64,000 bases of DNA from Eledone cirrhosa (lineage: Eukaryota): positions 285,138,001 through 285,202,000 of the forward strand of contig OZ024740.1 of the NCBI GenBank assembly GCA_964016885.1, written 5' to 3'. Positions 40,479-53,823 of the stretch are shown here, in pieces. Position 1 is the stretch's first letter. The number at the start of each line of letters is the position of its first letter. Below the pieces are notes generated by a model, which worked only from the letters and a program-made list of their open reading frames with translations, did not search any database and was not told the origin of the DNA. The position numbers and the translations under genes were made by a program.

Positions 40479-40798
40479 ATATTGTTATACTTGGGGAGGG
40501 TCATATTTGCGTAATATTGCCAGAATTAATAACAGAACACACTCACTGTTTGGTTGGTTTTCGCAGATGTGCAACGAAAGATTTATGATAAACTATATAT
40601 ATGTGTTTGTGTCTATATTGTATCTGTATTATTTTTGACCGTCGGTCAGTCAATGGCAACATTGAGAACCGAGTAAGTTAGATTACCGATATAAAAGACA
40701 CAGAAGCGAGAAGCGAAAACCAACCAAACAGTGAGTGTGTTCTGTTATTAATTCTGGCAATATTACACAAATATGACCCTCCCCAAGTATAACAATAT
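40479..40798. repeat. inverted repeat, pLTR-like
   Basis: arms 40479-40564 and 40713-40798; related to the arm starting at 63245. Confidence 0.8.
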
Positions 40799-40853
40799 AT
40801 ATATATATATATATATATATTGGAAAATGTGTGAGATCCTCGGTACAGTTAGG

Positions 40854-41058
40854 TATATTTGAAAAAAAGGAAAAGAATGACTTCACTTGTAGTGCTAAAA
40901 AATTTTTGGGATTTAATTTTATAATAATATAATATTATGAGTTGGTAGATCCAGTCTGGATCTACCAACTCATATCATAATATTATGTTATAAAATTAAA
41001 TTCAAAAAAATTTTTAACACTATAAGTGAAGTTATTCTTTTCCTTTTTTTCAAATATA
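40854..41058. repeat. ~100-bp-arm imperfect palindrome
   Basis: centre GGTAGATCCAG-T-CTGGATCTACC at 40955. Confidence 0.85.
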
Positions 41059-41064
41059 TATATA

Positions 41065-41560
41065 CTAGCCGAATTACCCGCGCCTTGCTGCGTTTCACAC
41101 ATTGTTTTGTAAGAAAATGATGATTGATTTTAAATCATTGATATAATTTATGTAGAAAAACTCAGCATTTCAATATTACTCAATGTAAAATATAATGCAT
41201 GAAAAATTGGAAAACATTTTTTGTAAGATATCAAATCAAAATTACATTATTAAATCTTCTTTTTATTTTGTTTCTTGTAAATAATTTTTTTCAAAATATC
41301 AATTCAAAACTTTTGTGAATAGGCATCATATCTTGTCATTTACCTATGGTTTAAATTTCATATAAATCGAAGGGAAAAAATTTTCAGGAGGTATTGTGCC
41401 CCCAGAGAACCCTTTGATTAAAATAAAATATACTTATCCAAATACCCTGGGCAATGTAGTTTCAGAATATATATGGTTATGGGGGTCTATCTCCAAAACC
41501 ATAGGAGTAGTACGTGAACAAACAAACAAACAAACAGACAGGAATACAACTTTATATATA
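41065..41560 (-). mobile_element. non-autonomous Helitron-like element
   Basis: CTAG plus GC-rich hairpin at the left end; (AAAC)n/AGAC microsatellite and TTTATATATA at the right end. Confidence 0.6.
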
Positions 41561-41667
41561 CTAGCAGAAAAACAACCCTCGGGCAGTTTTCTGCTAGCAT
41601 ATGTAGTGTGCATATTGGTATTATACGCAAATATATATATGTAAATTGAAAAGTAAATTGACAATAT

Positions 41668-42320
41668 CGTCTTCTTCTTCACCCACTTATTTCTGAGAGG
41701 GTCGTGGGGGCAGAATCTTTCTCAAATACTCCTTCCAGCGAGTCTGTCAGTAGCAAACATCTCTAACTGATCCAGCTGGATCCCAAAGCGTGACCAGCCA
41801 AGCTCGTGGATGTTATCCAACTATCTTACTCAGGGTCTACCTCTGGGTCTCTTACCAGTTGGTTTTGCCTGTAAAATGTGTCCAATGATTCTTTACTGAG
41901 ACATTCTAACCACATGCTCATAATATCGGAGTTGTGATCTCTCAATTCAGAGAAGTAGCAGCTCTACCAGGAGTGACTCTCTGGTCTCTGAGCTATGCAC
42001 TTTATCGAGTAACGTTACTCCAAAGACCCTCGGAGGAATCCCATTTCCCCGCTTTTATTTGTAATTGTATTCTTTTGGTCATTACTTAAGATTCATGATT
42101 CTTGGTAAGAATTGGCAGGAATACCAGGAAGACAGTGAGTTTGGCTTTTACACCTACCCCCTTCTTCTGATTGCTGAATGCTGAGGCTGGCGCATTACTG
42201 CATCAGCTTTTGCAATTCTTGCACTTAATTCATCCTCCTGCATTCCATCACTCATGAACATGGCTCCAAGATACTTGAACTTCTCTAACTGCTTCAGTAG
42301 AACTCCATTCACATGTATAT
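41668..42320 (-). pseudogene. RTE-clade fragment of another family
   Basis: VNGVLLKQLEKFKYLG..ELSARIAKA; GKRPRGRP; (GAA)n tail. Confidence 0.7.
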
Positions 42321-42499
42321 AAATTTGAGGGACTTCTGTCCACCCATCTATCACACAATGTGTTTGTGTGAATGTATGTGTGTAAAAGGAAGCAAAGGGA
42401 TACACACATATATGTCTCTAACTTAAAAACAGTGACACACACACGTCTCTAATTTAAGAATGCTGACAAACTCGCGCGTGCACATACACACACTGTCCT

Positions 42500-43160
42500 A
42501 TTACCACCCAAGAGCTTTGGCCCGGGCAAACATCCCCTCAATTTTGGAACCGTCTGGGTTGTCCAGAATTGATGGGAAAAGGCTTGACAGTCTTACTCTG
42601 TGCCCCTGGTCAAGAGGCAGGTGCCTTACCTGGGACGTCACAGTTAGTGACTCTTTTGCTTCTTCCCACATCCTGGATGCAGCGGTAAGGGCGAGAGCTA
42701 CAGCATCCGCAACTGAACGGAACAAAATCCTAAAATACTGTGTTCTGTCAGCTAACTTCATTATCCAGCTTGTGGCGTTCGAGACGTTTGGGGGGAGTTG
42801 GGCTACTGATAGCGAGGTTCTTATCTTCACTGGCGGCTCGCCAAACAGGGCACTTGGTTGTTCCAGCACCTCAGCCTTACTATTACCCCAAGTAACACTG
42901 CGAGCATGCTGGTTTGCCTCAAAAATTATTAGAGAGGTTTTCCAGTGCTCCTCACTATATTGCTCTGGTAGCGTCTCGTTTTTCCATTCTTTCGCTTCCA
43001 TATTGTTCTATGTTGTCTAAGATGTGTGTATTACGTGCTTGTGTATTTTTTCTCGTTCTTTTTTTCCTTTCCCTTTCCTTTGTATATATTATATTTGTTA
43101 GGGTTTTCCTTCTGTAATCATTATATTAAATTTTTATACAAATGAGTTTTAAAAAAGAAA
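42500..43160 (+). pseudogene. CRE-like non-LTR retrotransposon C-terminus (RLE domain)
   Basis: IPSILEPSGLSRIDGKRLDSLTLCPWSRGRCLTWDVTVSD..KILKY..VAFETFG; part reduplicated at 43347-43422. Confidence 0.75.
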
Positions 43161-43508
43161 AGAGTTAAACTGTGTTGTTAATAAATAAATCAAAAGTTGT
43201 ACTTTTACCCTTCCATTTCCAATTCACTGAATGCTATCATGACTGTATGACTGTATGTGTGTGTTTGTGTAAATGTATATGTGTGAATGGGTGTTTGCGT
43301 GAATGTATGTACATGTTTGTGTAAAAGTATGTGTATTTGTGTGAACGGGACGTCACAGTTAGTGACTCTTTTGCTTCTTCCCACATCCTGGATGCAGTGG
43401 TAAGGGCGAGAGCTACAGCATCTGCTGTAGAGTTAAACTGTGTTGTTAATAAATAAACAAAACGTTATACTTGTTTTACCCTCCCGTTTCCAATTCACCG
43501 AACACTAT

Positions 43509-43890
43509 TGTAGTGCCCCCACCCCCTTGCGGGGGACATCAGAACTAAAATAAGAGTTGTGTCCCTTTGTGACGGTAGAGACCCCTGGTGTCACCTACAG
43601 GAGGTAAAAGGAGTGACGTCCTCTTGGCCACTATAAGTAAGAGGCTGAAAGATCAACTCTCTCTCTTTGACGCTTCGCAGCAGACTCGTTAACAACACGC
43701 CAGAATGCAGAGCAAATCCTCAACTCACCAACACCCTAAGGAGACTCCAGCCTCCTCACCATGAATGGTAAAATATATGTACGTTTCATTATTCACTTCT
43801 ATGAAGTAAATCAGTATAAACACACACTGCTATTCTTATTCTTTGTACAATTGTAACACAAATATGTTTACTAATACCACCCATTCTAAA
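43509..43890 (+). mobile_element. solo LTR
   Basis: TGTAG...CTAAA ends, 4-bp TSD CTAT, TATAAG box; an empty-site paralogue at about 43221-43250. Confidence 0.78.
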
Positions 43891-44049
43891 CTATCATGAC
43901 TGTATGTGTGTGTTTGTGTAAATGTATGTGTGAAAGTATGTTTATTTATCTGAATGTATGTCCGTGAGCGTCTATTTTTATAAATTGTGTTTGTGCGATT
44001 ATAGTTATATACTCATAATAGTTAGATACTCACACATATAGATGTATGT

Positions 44050-44320
44050 ATGAGGTGGTATGGACATGTGATGCGCATGGAGGATGACCGATGGGTGAAG
44101 AAGTGCCAGGAAATGCCAGTTGAAGGAAGACGTGGTAGAGGTAGACCACGAAAAACATGGGCGGAGGTGGTGAGAACAGACCTCAGATCATTGAAGCTCA
44201 CGGTGGAGATGACGAGGGACCATGACGAGTGGAGAGATGCTGTGCTGAATAAGACCCGTCCCACCCTTGCAAGCAGGGAAAAGCGGACGTAAAATGATGA
44301 TGATGATGATGATGATGATG
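44050..44320 (+). mobile_element. RTE family A 3' fragment
   Basis: RWYGHVMR...TRPTLASREKRT*, (GAT)n. Confidence 0.9.
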
Positions 44321-44565
44321 TATGTGCACAATCATACACGTCAGTGTGTAGAAAATCATAATCTCTCTATCTCTCTCTCAAAAACTCTCTCTTTCTATAC
44401 ATATGATAGTTGAAGTGGTGGTGGTGGTGGTGATGAGATACCGGAAGTGTAGAAATTTGAAACATTGAAAAGAAATTAATTTTAAATTATTTATAAATAC
44501 GAAATTTAGTTACGAAATTTAGTACATAAATTATGTAATATTCATTCATTATTTATTCAAAGTAA

Positions 44566-44749
44566 GGCGGTGGATTGGCAGTATCAGTAGAGGGTCGGAC
44601 GCCATGCTTTCCAGCATAGTTACGTCCCTTTACGGACTGAGTTCAAATCCCGCCGAGGTTGACTTTGCTTTTCATCCTTACGGGGTCGATAAAATAAAGT
44701 ACCAGTAATGCACTGGATAATTGCTGGCCTTGTGCCTAAAGTAGACACA
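44566..44749 (+). mobile_element. Meta-like SINE with 18-bp TSD
   Basis: ATTATTTATTCAAAGTAA at 44548-44565 and 44750-44767. Confidence 0.92.
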
Positions 44750-44844
44750 ATTATTTATTCAAAGTAATCGAACTTATTTTACAAACGGGATAAAAAAATA
44801 TATTCTGGAGGCAGACCCGCACTCCTTACTTTATTATAGTTTAC

Positions 44845-47800
44845 ATATTACTTGATGCTTTCGACAGTAAGGAAGAGCAATTATAGTCGTACAATATAGA
44901 GGAACAGTGGGAATTCCTGAAAGCAAACCTGCTGATGGCGGCAGACGAAGTCTGTGGCTGGAGCAGCCCTGTAGGCAGGAGGAGAGTAACATGGTGGTGG
45001 AACAGTAAGGTGGAGGGGTCAATCAAGGCCAAAAAGCAGGCTTGGAAAGCATGGCGGGATGGGGGAAGTAGAGAAGACTATCAAGTGGCCAGGAGGGAAG
45101 CTAGGAGACAAGTGTACTTTGCAAGAAGGGAAGCAGAGGAAAGAAAGTTCAAGCATGTTCTACAACGCGAGGACCAAAAACGTGAGGTGTTCAGGATTGC
45201 TAGGCAATGCGTCAAGGAAAACCGTGATATTGTCGGGGAGAAGTGTGTACTTAACGATGATGGCGTACTTGCCATCACTGACGCTGATAAGAAGGTAGCT
45301 TGGAAGTGTCACTATGAAAGGCTACTAAATGAGGAGAATAAATGGGAGAAAGACAGTCTCCCCCACATCGACCCAATAGAGGGACCAGCAGTGTTAGTCG
45401 AAGGTAGTATAAGTAAGGCAATCAAAGATATGAAGACGGGTAAGGCGGCTGGGCCTTCGGAAATAGTTGCTGAGATGCTGAAAGCCTCTGGAACGGTGGG
45501 ACACACCATGGTCACCCGGATAGTAAACCAAGTCATACAGAATGGGGTTGTTCCGAAGGACTGGCGTAGCAGCATCATCGTTAACTGTTACAAGGGTAAA
45601 GGAGACGCCCTAGATAGGAGTAACTATAGAGGCATTAAATTAATCGACCAGGTCATGAAGGTCACGGAAAAAGTAATAGCGCAACTAATCAGAGAGAGAA
45701 TTGATCTAGATGAAATGCAGTTCAGGTTTGTGTCAGGCAAAAGTACCACAGATGCTCTTTTCATTGTACGACAACTACAGGAGAAGTACCTAGCTAAAAG
45801 TAAACCCCTATACTTAGCTTTTGTTGACTTAGAGAAAGCCTTCGACAGAGTCCCCCGTTCCATTATCTGGTGGGCTCTTAGAAAACTAGGTGTTCACGAA
45901 TGGCTTGTGAGAGCTATACAAGCCATGTATAAAGAAACAGTCAGCAAGGTTAGAATTAACAACGAATATAGTGAAGAGTTTAGCATAAAAGTTGGTGTCC
46001 ATCAGGGCTCTGTTCTTAGCCCCCTACTATTTATTATTGCCCTTCAGGCTATAAGAGAGGAGTTCAAGACCGGCTGCCCATGGGAACTCCTATACGCAGA
46101 TGATCTAACGCTCATAGCTGAATCAATGGCCGAGCTAGAGAAGAAATTCCAAACATGGAAGCACGGCCTAGAATCAAAAGGCCTTAAAATTAACCTGGCT
46201 AAGACTAAAGTTCTAGTTTGTAGGAAAGAAAATAAGGCGCTGGTCCCTTCCGGGAAATGGCCATGCTCAGTGTGTAGGAAAGGCGTAGGTAGAAACTCCA
46301 TTTTATGTCCCAAATGCAAAGTATGGGTGCATAAAAGATGTAGTGGGATCACAGGTAAGCTAACTAAGAACACAGATTTTACATGTGGCCGGTGCTCTGG
46401 TGCAATAAGTAGCAGCAAGTGCTCACAAAATACTAGCTCTTTCAATTGCGCAGAGGGTTCTATAGAAATAGTGGACAGCTTCCGTTACCGGTGACAAAAT
46501 CAGCAGTGGGGGCGGGTGCTCTAAAAGTACAGTAGCTAGAGTCAGAACTGGATGGAAAAAGATCAGAGAGCTTATACCACTATAGCGAGATTACTGAGGT
46601 TGTATGAATGTAACAAAACGAGACATGGTTTGTGTGTATAATATTTAATTAACAATGGTAGATAGTATACTTGACATGTCAAAGATGAGGTTGTTGTTAG
46701 AATGAAGCAAAGTTAGTAGTTACCGTTTTGATTGCCAGGCAAACGCGGCTGGCAGAGGACGCCTGGCTAAGGCCAGGCGCCTGTTGGCCAAATTAATGGC
46801 GGAGCCCAATGTGAGGCTCTTGACCTGGTGCCGGAAAGGCAAAGAGAGAAAGGAAGCTTAAAGTTGTTAGTTTTATAGGGCTCTGACCGGAAGTTGCAGA
46901 AAGGGTTCCACTTCCCGTCTAGATCCTAATCAAAACAAGGGAGACAACCGCTACATAACCTCCCGCCAGAATTTTAGTGTATAAAAATCGAAATGAAAAT
47001 ATGTAGCAAGTTGGCGAGAATGTTGTAACAGGCATGAAAATTACGACAAAAGAATGTTTGGAAAAATCAATGATAGATATCAAGGTAGCCAACCGCTCTT
47101 GGCCAGAGAACGACTGGACATCCATCTATCCATCACCCAAAGATACAATGTAATAAAGTAAAAGTAATAGAAGAGCTCAAAGTTCAAAATATAGTTCACA
47201 GGTGTGCAATCACATGACAGCAGGAAAGAAAGTGTGTTCCAGAGAATGAATGCAGGTGGTTTCTGTTCTGTGGTATATCGTGAAATTTCCAACCTCCGAA
47301 TGGATTTTCTCACAGGAAGAGTGCTGCAAAAATGAATTCTCTGGCTTTGGTGAAGCTGTATTGATGTATTGCTGTTGCTGCTGCTGCTGTCTCGCTGAGT
47401 GAGCGTATTCGGTGTTTAAATTCGCAGTAAAAAAAATTTTTTTAGAAAAGATGAGTTGCGCAAAGTGCTAGAAATAGCAGCCGAAGTTGATGGTCGATGT
47501 TGAGAATGCGTTGACCTGGAAGGGTCAAGAGGCCAGCGACCAGAGAAATAAGCATTCTTAATAAATGCGCGGTTATCAACGGTAAATTTACATTGTAAAT
47601 TTATAAACCGGCAAATAGAAGAATATAGCTTAAGGCTGAAGAATCCCTGGTGAGAAATGTTATCTCTGGCGTGCGGCTGTCTGTGAGTAGAGACATCTCT
47701 GTGAATCGAGAATTTGTGCTGCCTACACGTGCCAATACAAGGTTGAAAAAAATAATATTTCTAACGCGCGAGAAAATGATAGTGCAATTTTGAAAGTGAC

Positions 47801-49564
47801 AATGATGAAAAAGAAAGGCTTCACTCAGCATAATTATTGGTGTGAACTTTTTGAAAAAAAAAAAAAAAAACTTGAACGATGAAGAAAACGATGAACAAAA
47901 AGGCAATGGTTCATCGAAAATAAATGTTCCTGTTGAAATGTTTTTTTAAAGAATATCAAATTTCTTTTTTTTTTTGTGTTTTGAAAGAGTTCGTTGTAAG
48001 AAACGAGAAACATATATATATATCGTGAAATGTTTTTTTTTTTTTTTTGTTTTGAAAGTGTTCGTTGTAAGAAACGAGAAACATATATATATATTGGTGA
48101 AATGCGACAGTTAATTGATGCGTGAGAGAAAAAGTCTGTCTGTGCGAATTCCACATGTGCGTGTGTGCGTGTCCTTGAGTATTTTCATAGTTTGTCGCTA
48201 AATTTGCTGTGTATTCGTAATGTTACTCACAAAACCAGATGTGCTATTTTTTTATTTTTTTTGGGGGGGTGACCACTTATAGCGATGAACGGCTGCGTGT
48301 TCGTATCACGTCAGGGTTACCAATATAGCGAGATTACTGAGGTTGTATGAATGTAACAAAACGAGACATGGTTTGTGTGTATAATATTTAATTAACAATG
48401 GTAGATAGTATACTTGACATGTCAAAGATGAGGTTGTTGTTAGAATGAAGCAAAGTTAGTAGTTACCGTTTTGATTGCCAGGCAAACGCGGCTGGCAGAG
48501 GACGCCTGGCTAAGGCCAGGCGCCTGTTGGCCAAATTAATGGCAGAGCCCAATGTGAGGCTCTTGACCTGGTGCCGAAAAGGCAAAGAGAGAAAGGAAGC
48601 TTAAAGTTGTTAGTTTTATAGGGCTCTGACCGGAAGTTGCAGAAAGGGTTCCACTTCCCGTCTAGATCCTAATCAAAACAAGGGAGACAACCGCTACACC
48701 ACTATTAGCCGCTAAAGAGTTCTCCCTAAAAATGAAAGGCAGGTTGTATGATGCCTGCATACGAACAGCAATGTTGCATGGCAGTGAGACCTGGGCATTG
48801 TGTGCAGAGGATATACGCAGACTAGAGAGGAACAAAGCTTGCATGCTCCGCTGGATGTGTAATAGTAATATACATGAACGGCAAAGCATAAACGAACTAA
48901 GGAAAAAATTAGAAATAAGAGGGATCAGATGTTGTTTACTCGAGAGAAGGCTATGTTGGTATGGTCACGTGATGCGCATGAAAGACGACAGCTGTATAAC
49001 AAAGTGCAGGGCAATAAAGATAGATGGTAGCCACGGAGTAGGCAGACCCAGAAAAACCTGGGACAAGCTGATAAATTCCGACCTCACACACTTACACCTC
49101 TCCAAGACAATGTCACTGGACCGAGACCTTTGGCGGTACTCAGTAATAGAGAAGACCCGCCTTACCTAAATACAAAGTAAAACCTACTACAGTCAGTAAG
49201 CATCTCTAACAAAATACACCCCCGTCCCACCACCACCACCCCATCCACACCGCCCCTTTCAATGTAAAGTTATGTTGGTGCCACAACATCCAGGCCGAAA
49301 CAAATGAGATCGTGTAGGTGTCACGACAAGAAAAACACACAGTCCACGCTGTAATGTGGCTGTGTAGGTAACACAGTAAAAACCTCCCAGCCCCACACTG
49401 TAAATGTGGTTGGTGTTAGGAAGGGCATCCAGCTGTAGAAAACCCGCCAGACAGTCCTATGCGAGCAAGACAACCACTCTTGCCTCAAGTGGGAAAACTC
49501 CCGTCCAAACCCATGCAAGCGTGGAACATGGACGTTAAACGATGATGATGATGATGATGATGAT
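44845..49564 (+). mobile_element. RTE family B, 5'-truncated, split by an LTR element
   Basis: ORF 44935-46494 (RT plus PHD), resumes at 48699 with ORF 48732-49169, 3' UTR and (GAT)n. Confidence 0.95.
46581..48698 (-). mobile_element. non-autonomous LTR retrotransposon (Ty3/Gypsy-like)
   Basis: 375-bp LTRs 46581-46955 and 48324-48698 (two differences seen), TSD CCAC, PBS TGGTAACCCTGACGTGAT, purine-rich GGCGGGAGG before the 3' LTR, TATAAAA in the LTR. Confidence 0.93.
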
Positions 49565-49571
49565 ATATATA

Positions 49572-49639
<68 letters not shown>

Positions 49640-49735
49640 AGATGTCAACATGAATGGACCTGTTATTTTTATCTAAAGACATTTTTTCCAATTCCACCCC
49701 GCCCATCCCTTCAATCTATCTTATTTCTCATTCTT

Positions 49736-49771
49736 TCTTCTGATGAAGGACTAGCGTCCGAAACGTTAAGA
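49736..49771 (+). ncRNA. minimal type I hammerhead, intact
   Basis: UCUU-CUGAUGA-A-GGAC UAGC GUCC-GAAA-CG-UU-AAGA; palindromic AACGUU stem III. Confidence 0.82.
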
Positions 49772-49899
49772 CCCTCTTTGTGATATTTCAAGCGTTAACC
49801 GAATATATTCCTTCCATATACTGTACCAATTGTGTTTTTATTTCTGTTTACCTTTTATACACACATATATATACATATATAATCATCATCATCGTTATT

Positions 49900-51862
49900 G
49901 TAAACTGAGTAGTACAGAATGGTGTCATTCCCAGTGACCGGAATAGCAGCATCATCATCAACTGCTACAAGGGTAAAGGAGATGCCCTAGAGAGAAGTAA
50001 CTACAGAGGCATAAAGCTGATTGACCAGGTCATGAAAGTTACAGAGAGAGTCATTGCATAATTGATTAGAGATTGTATACGCTTAGACGGGATGGATGCA
50101 GTTTGGATTTGTGGCGGAAAAAACACCACTGACGCATTCTTCTTTGTGAGGTAAATGCAGGAGAAGTACTTAGTTAAAAGCAAGCCACTCTGTTTAGTAT
50201 TCATGGATCTAGAGAAAGCTTTTGACAGAGACCCTCGACCCATGATATGGTGGGCCCTCAGAAAACAAGATGTTGATGAGTGGCTTGTGAGAGCAGTATT
50301 GGCCATGTATAGAGGAGCCACTAGCAAAATTAAAATCAACAATGAATACAGTGAGGAATTCAGCGTACCGGTGGGGTTTCACCAGGGTTCCGTCCTTAGC
50401 CCCTTTTCTTCATTAGTGTCCTACAGATTATAACAGAGGAATTTAAGACTGATTGCCCTTGTGAACTCCTATATGCCAATGACCTGACTCTCTTAACCGA
50501 TTCTTCAGACATGGAGACACAACATGGAAATAAAAGGCCACAATGTCAACCTGGCTAAGACAAAAATCCTAGTGTACAGCAAAGGAAACAAAGCTCTGAT
50601 ACCCTCCGAGAAATGGCTGTTTGGTATGCAGGAAAGGAGTAGGCAGAAACTGAATCCAGTGACCCAAATGCAAACTGTGGATAAACAAGAGATATAGTGA
50701 GAAAACAAGCAGGATAGCAAAAAACACAGATTGCATGCTGAGGACCTATGGAGATTGGAAAGAAACAAAGTTTGCATGATCAGATGGATGTGTAACAGAA
50801 GTGTGCGTAAACGGCAAAGTGTAAATGTATTGAGAGTGAAACTGGGCATAAGAGGCATCAAATGCTGTGTACAGGTGAGAGAGTGCAGTGGTATGGACAT
50901 GTGATATGCATGAAAGATGACAGCTGTTTAAAAAGGTGCAAGACATTAGAGCTTGCAGGACAACCCCAAAGTGGTAGACCCAGGAAGATGTGGAATGAAA
51001 CAATAAAGGTGAACCTGGCTCAGCTGAATCCCCCAATGAGGATGACACATGTCAACAACTCGACTCTGAATGCGGCTCATAACGGCGCCACCCAGCACTA
51101 CACACCAAACACGATCGACAGCAAGTCCACCCGGTACCATGGCTCCCTTTATGAGTAAAGCTTGATGCAGACAACTAGCTCAAACATCCTCATAAACTAA
51201 GGTTCTGCTGTGAGCAGGGTATGGCAAGGCCTGGCCTGTCCATCCTATAATGGTGCCATCCAGTTCTACACTGTAAGCATCGTTGCAGCTCCCAAACTAT
51301 GGTTCCGCTGTGGGTATTCAGCATGGCCAACTGGCCTGTCCCTCCTCATAGTGGTGCCATCCAGTTCCATCCAGTTCCAGGCTCACAAACTGTGGTTCTG
51401 TTGTGTGAAGTGTTTGGGGTGACAAACTGGCCTGTCCCTCCTCATAAAAATGCTATCCAGTTCCACACTGTAAACATTTCTGCAGCTCTCAAACTATGGT
51501 TCCGCTGTGAGAAGGGTTTGGCGCAGCCAGCAGGCCTATCCCTCTTCACAGTGGTACCATCCAGTTCCACAGAGTAAATGTGGTTACAGCTCCAAAACCA
51601 TGGTTCTGCTGTGAGAAGGGTTCAGCTCAACCAACTGGCCTGTCCCTCCCCATAACAGTGCCATCCAGTTCTACACTGTAAATATGGTTGGTGTTAAGAA
51701 GGGCATCCAGCTGTAAAAATCCCGGCCAAATTTAGTCCCATCTGAGCCAGGTACGGTGTGGAAAATTCTGGCCAGACTTGTCTCTTGACATGGACGACCT
51801 GTCTAACACATGTAAGCATGGGAAATGGATGTTAAATCGTGATGATAATGATGACGATGATG
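49900..51862 (+). mobile_element. degenerate RTE (family D) with a repeat-rich 3' UTR
   Basis: FMDLEKAFDR, HQGSVLSP, WYGHV; about five ~100-bp repeats at 51200-51680; (GAT)n. Confidence 0.8.
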
Positions 51863-51897
<35 letters not shown>

Positions 51898-52152
51898 GTA
51901 ATAATAATAAATTTGAAGACTAAAATCCAATGAGGGCTCGATAACGATAAATATATATCAAATATATAAGAACCGTAGAGCAAATCTGTTATTTTAATTA
52001 ATACATATATATATATATGATTTGTATTGGAATTTTGGATTTCTAAAGAAATGCGGGTTTGTTTACAAATAAACATTTAGGAAGCCATAGTTTTGCAAAA
52101 ACACCAGTGGCTATCGCCACCTAGGCAGTATCCAGCAGAAGCAAGGGGGACA

Positions 52153-52198
52153 ATCGATGATGCGCATTTCGAACTGAACTGGTTCTCGTCAGCACGAT
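52153..52198 (-). ncRNA. type I hammerhead motif
   Basis: AUCGUG-CUGACGA-GAAC CAGUUCA GUUC-GAAA-UGCGCA-UC-AUCGAU; proximal stem I mismatched. Confidence 0.68.
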
Positions 52199-52389
52199 CC
52201 ATCCTGCTCTTGCCACTGCTAGACTTTGAAAACAGGCGAGAATATATAGTTTTCTCGTCTGTGTAAATGAGGTGATTAATCTCATTTGCATATGAAGCTG
52301 TATACGTTGGCACAACTTATAATAGAATAGAATTAGAATTTAGCTTTGAGCACAGCTGTATACAGATATGCTCGAAGATAAATCCTAAT

Positions 52390-52472
<83 letters not shown>

Positions 52473-52952
52473 TAAAATAACAGATTAAAGTTTAAGCAAA
52501 GAATCGCTGCTTTCACCCTTAACGGGATCTTCTGAAACTAACAAAGTCAATCTGTAAACGCAGAACTGGATATTTCAAAAAACGTTGCAACCGGAGGAAG
52601 ACAGGAAGACGATACTTTGGTTCGTGGAAACGTTCGCTGGCAAATTTATTATTATTACATATATATATATATACATTTATATATATCATCATACTTTCTC
52701 CCTGCTAGTAAGGGGTGGATAGATCGTGACAGACCAATTATGTACTTTATTGGAGCTACTGACCCCTGAGATGAACTAGGTATTGCATTTCACTTACATA
52801 TGTTCCTGTACTTTCTCTCACTCCTTCTCTCTTAAGTGCTCTGAGTGCATTTTCATGGCACCAGCACTAGGGAGGTTGTCATGTCTCTGACACAACTGAA
52901 GACTCCCCTCGACTCTTTGTTTGGCAAGTTTTCTATGGCTGGATGTCATAGG

Positions 52953-52995
<43 letters not shown>

Positions 52996-53357
52996 CACAC
53001 ACAGGTACTTAAGTTCTGTTGGGTTTTGCACCCCATCTCATTGAGGCTGTTATTTTTATAACAGGCTGAATAAGTTGGGGTGCAAAACCAAATGAAACTT
53101 AAGTACCTGTATATGTCACTGTTGTAACTAATTATATATATATATACATACACATAAATTAATAAATATATATATACACACACACATTTATATACGCATA
53201 TATAATTGTTTTTTGATATTTTTCTTCTTCAAATCTAAACATATCTTGACAGACATTTGAATTGTAAACTAATCATGGGAGTGTATATAATGTGTGTGTG
53301 TGTGTGTGCACATAGATTTGTATATACAATATGAGAAATAGTGAATGGTACTATATA

Positions 53358-53692
53358 TCATCATCATTTCATTTTACGTCCGCTTCTCCCTGCTTGCAAG
53401 GGTGGGATGGGAACTGATTCTGGCTTGATTTCTACAGCTGGATGCCCTTCCTAACACCAACCTCATTTACAGTGAGTGATGGGTGCTTTTTTGCCGTGGC
53501 ACCTCCACGACCAATTTACAGTGGAATGATAGAGACACCAGTCCCTATCATCTCAAATCTACAGCTGAGTAAACTGGAGCAATGTGAAATAAAGTGTCTT
53601 GCTCAAGGAAACAACACATCATCCGGTCTGAGAATTGAACTCACAACCTTTCGATTGCAAGGCCAATGCTCTAACCACTAAGCCATGTGCCT
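53358..53692 (-). mobile_element. CORE-like SINE with RTE-A tail
   Basis: full-length copy. Confidence 0.88.
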
Positions 53693-53823
53693 CTATATAT
53701 TTCAACATAAGTCTTCTGTTAACAAAATGCACAATTCAAAACTGAACTTTAGCTTCAAATGAATTCTTGAAAGACATTAAATGTAAGCTTTATAAGTTAA
53801 TGCTATTAAAACTTCTTTATTAA

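Noticed and set aside
46956-48323. gag/pol coding inside the LTR element
   Set aside because: Only short low-complexity ORFs; no CCHC, protease, RT or integrase motifs recognised
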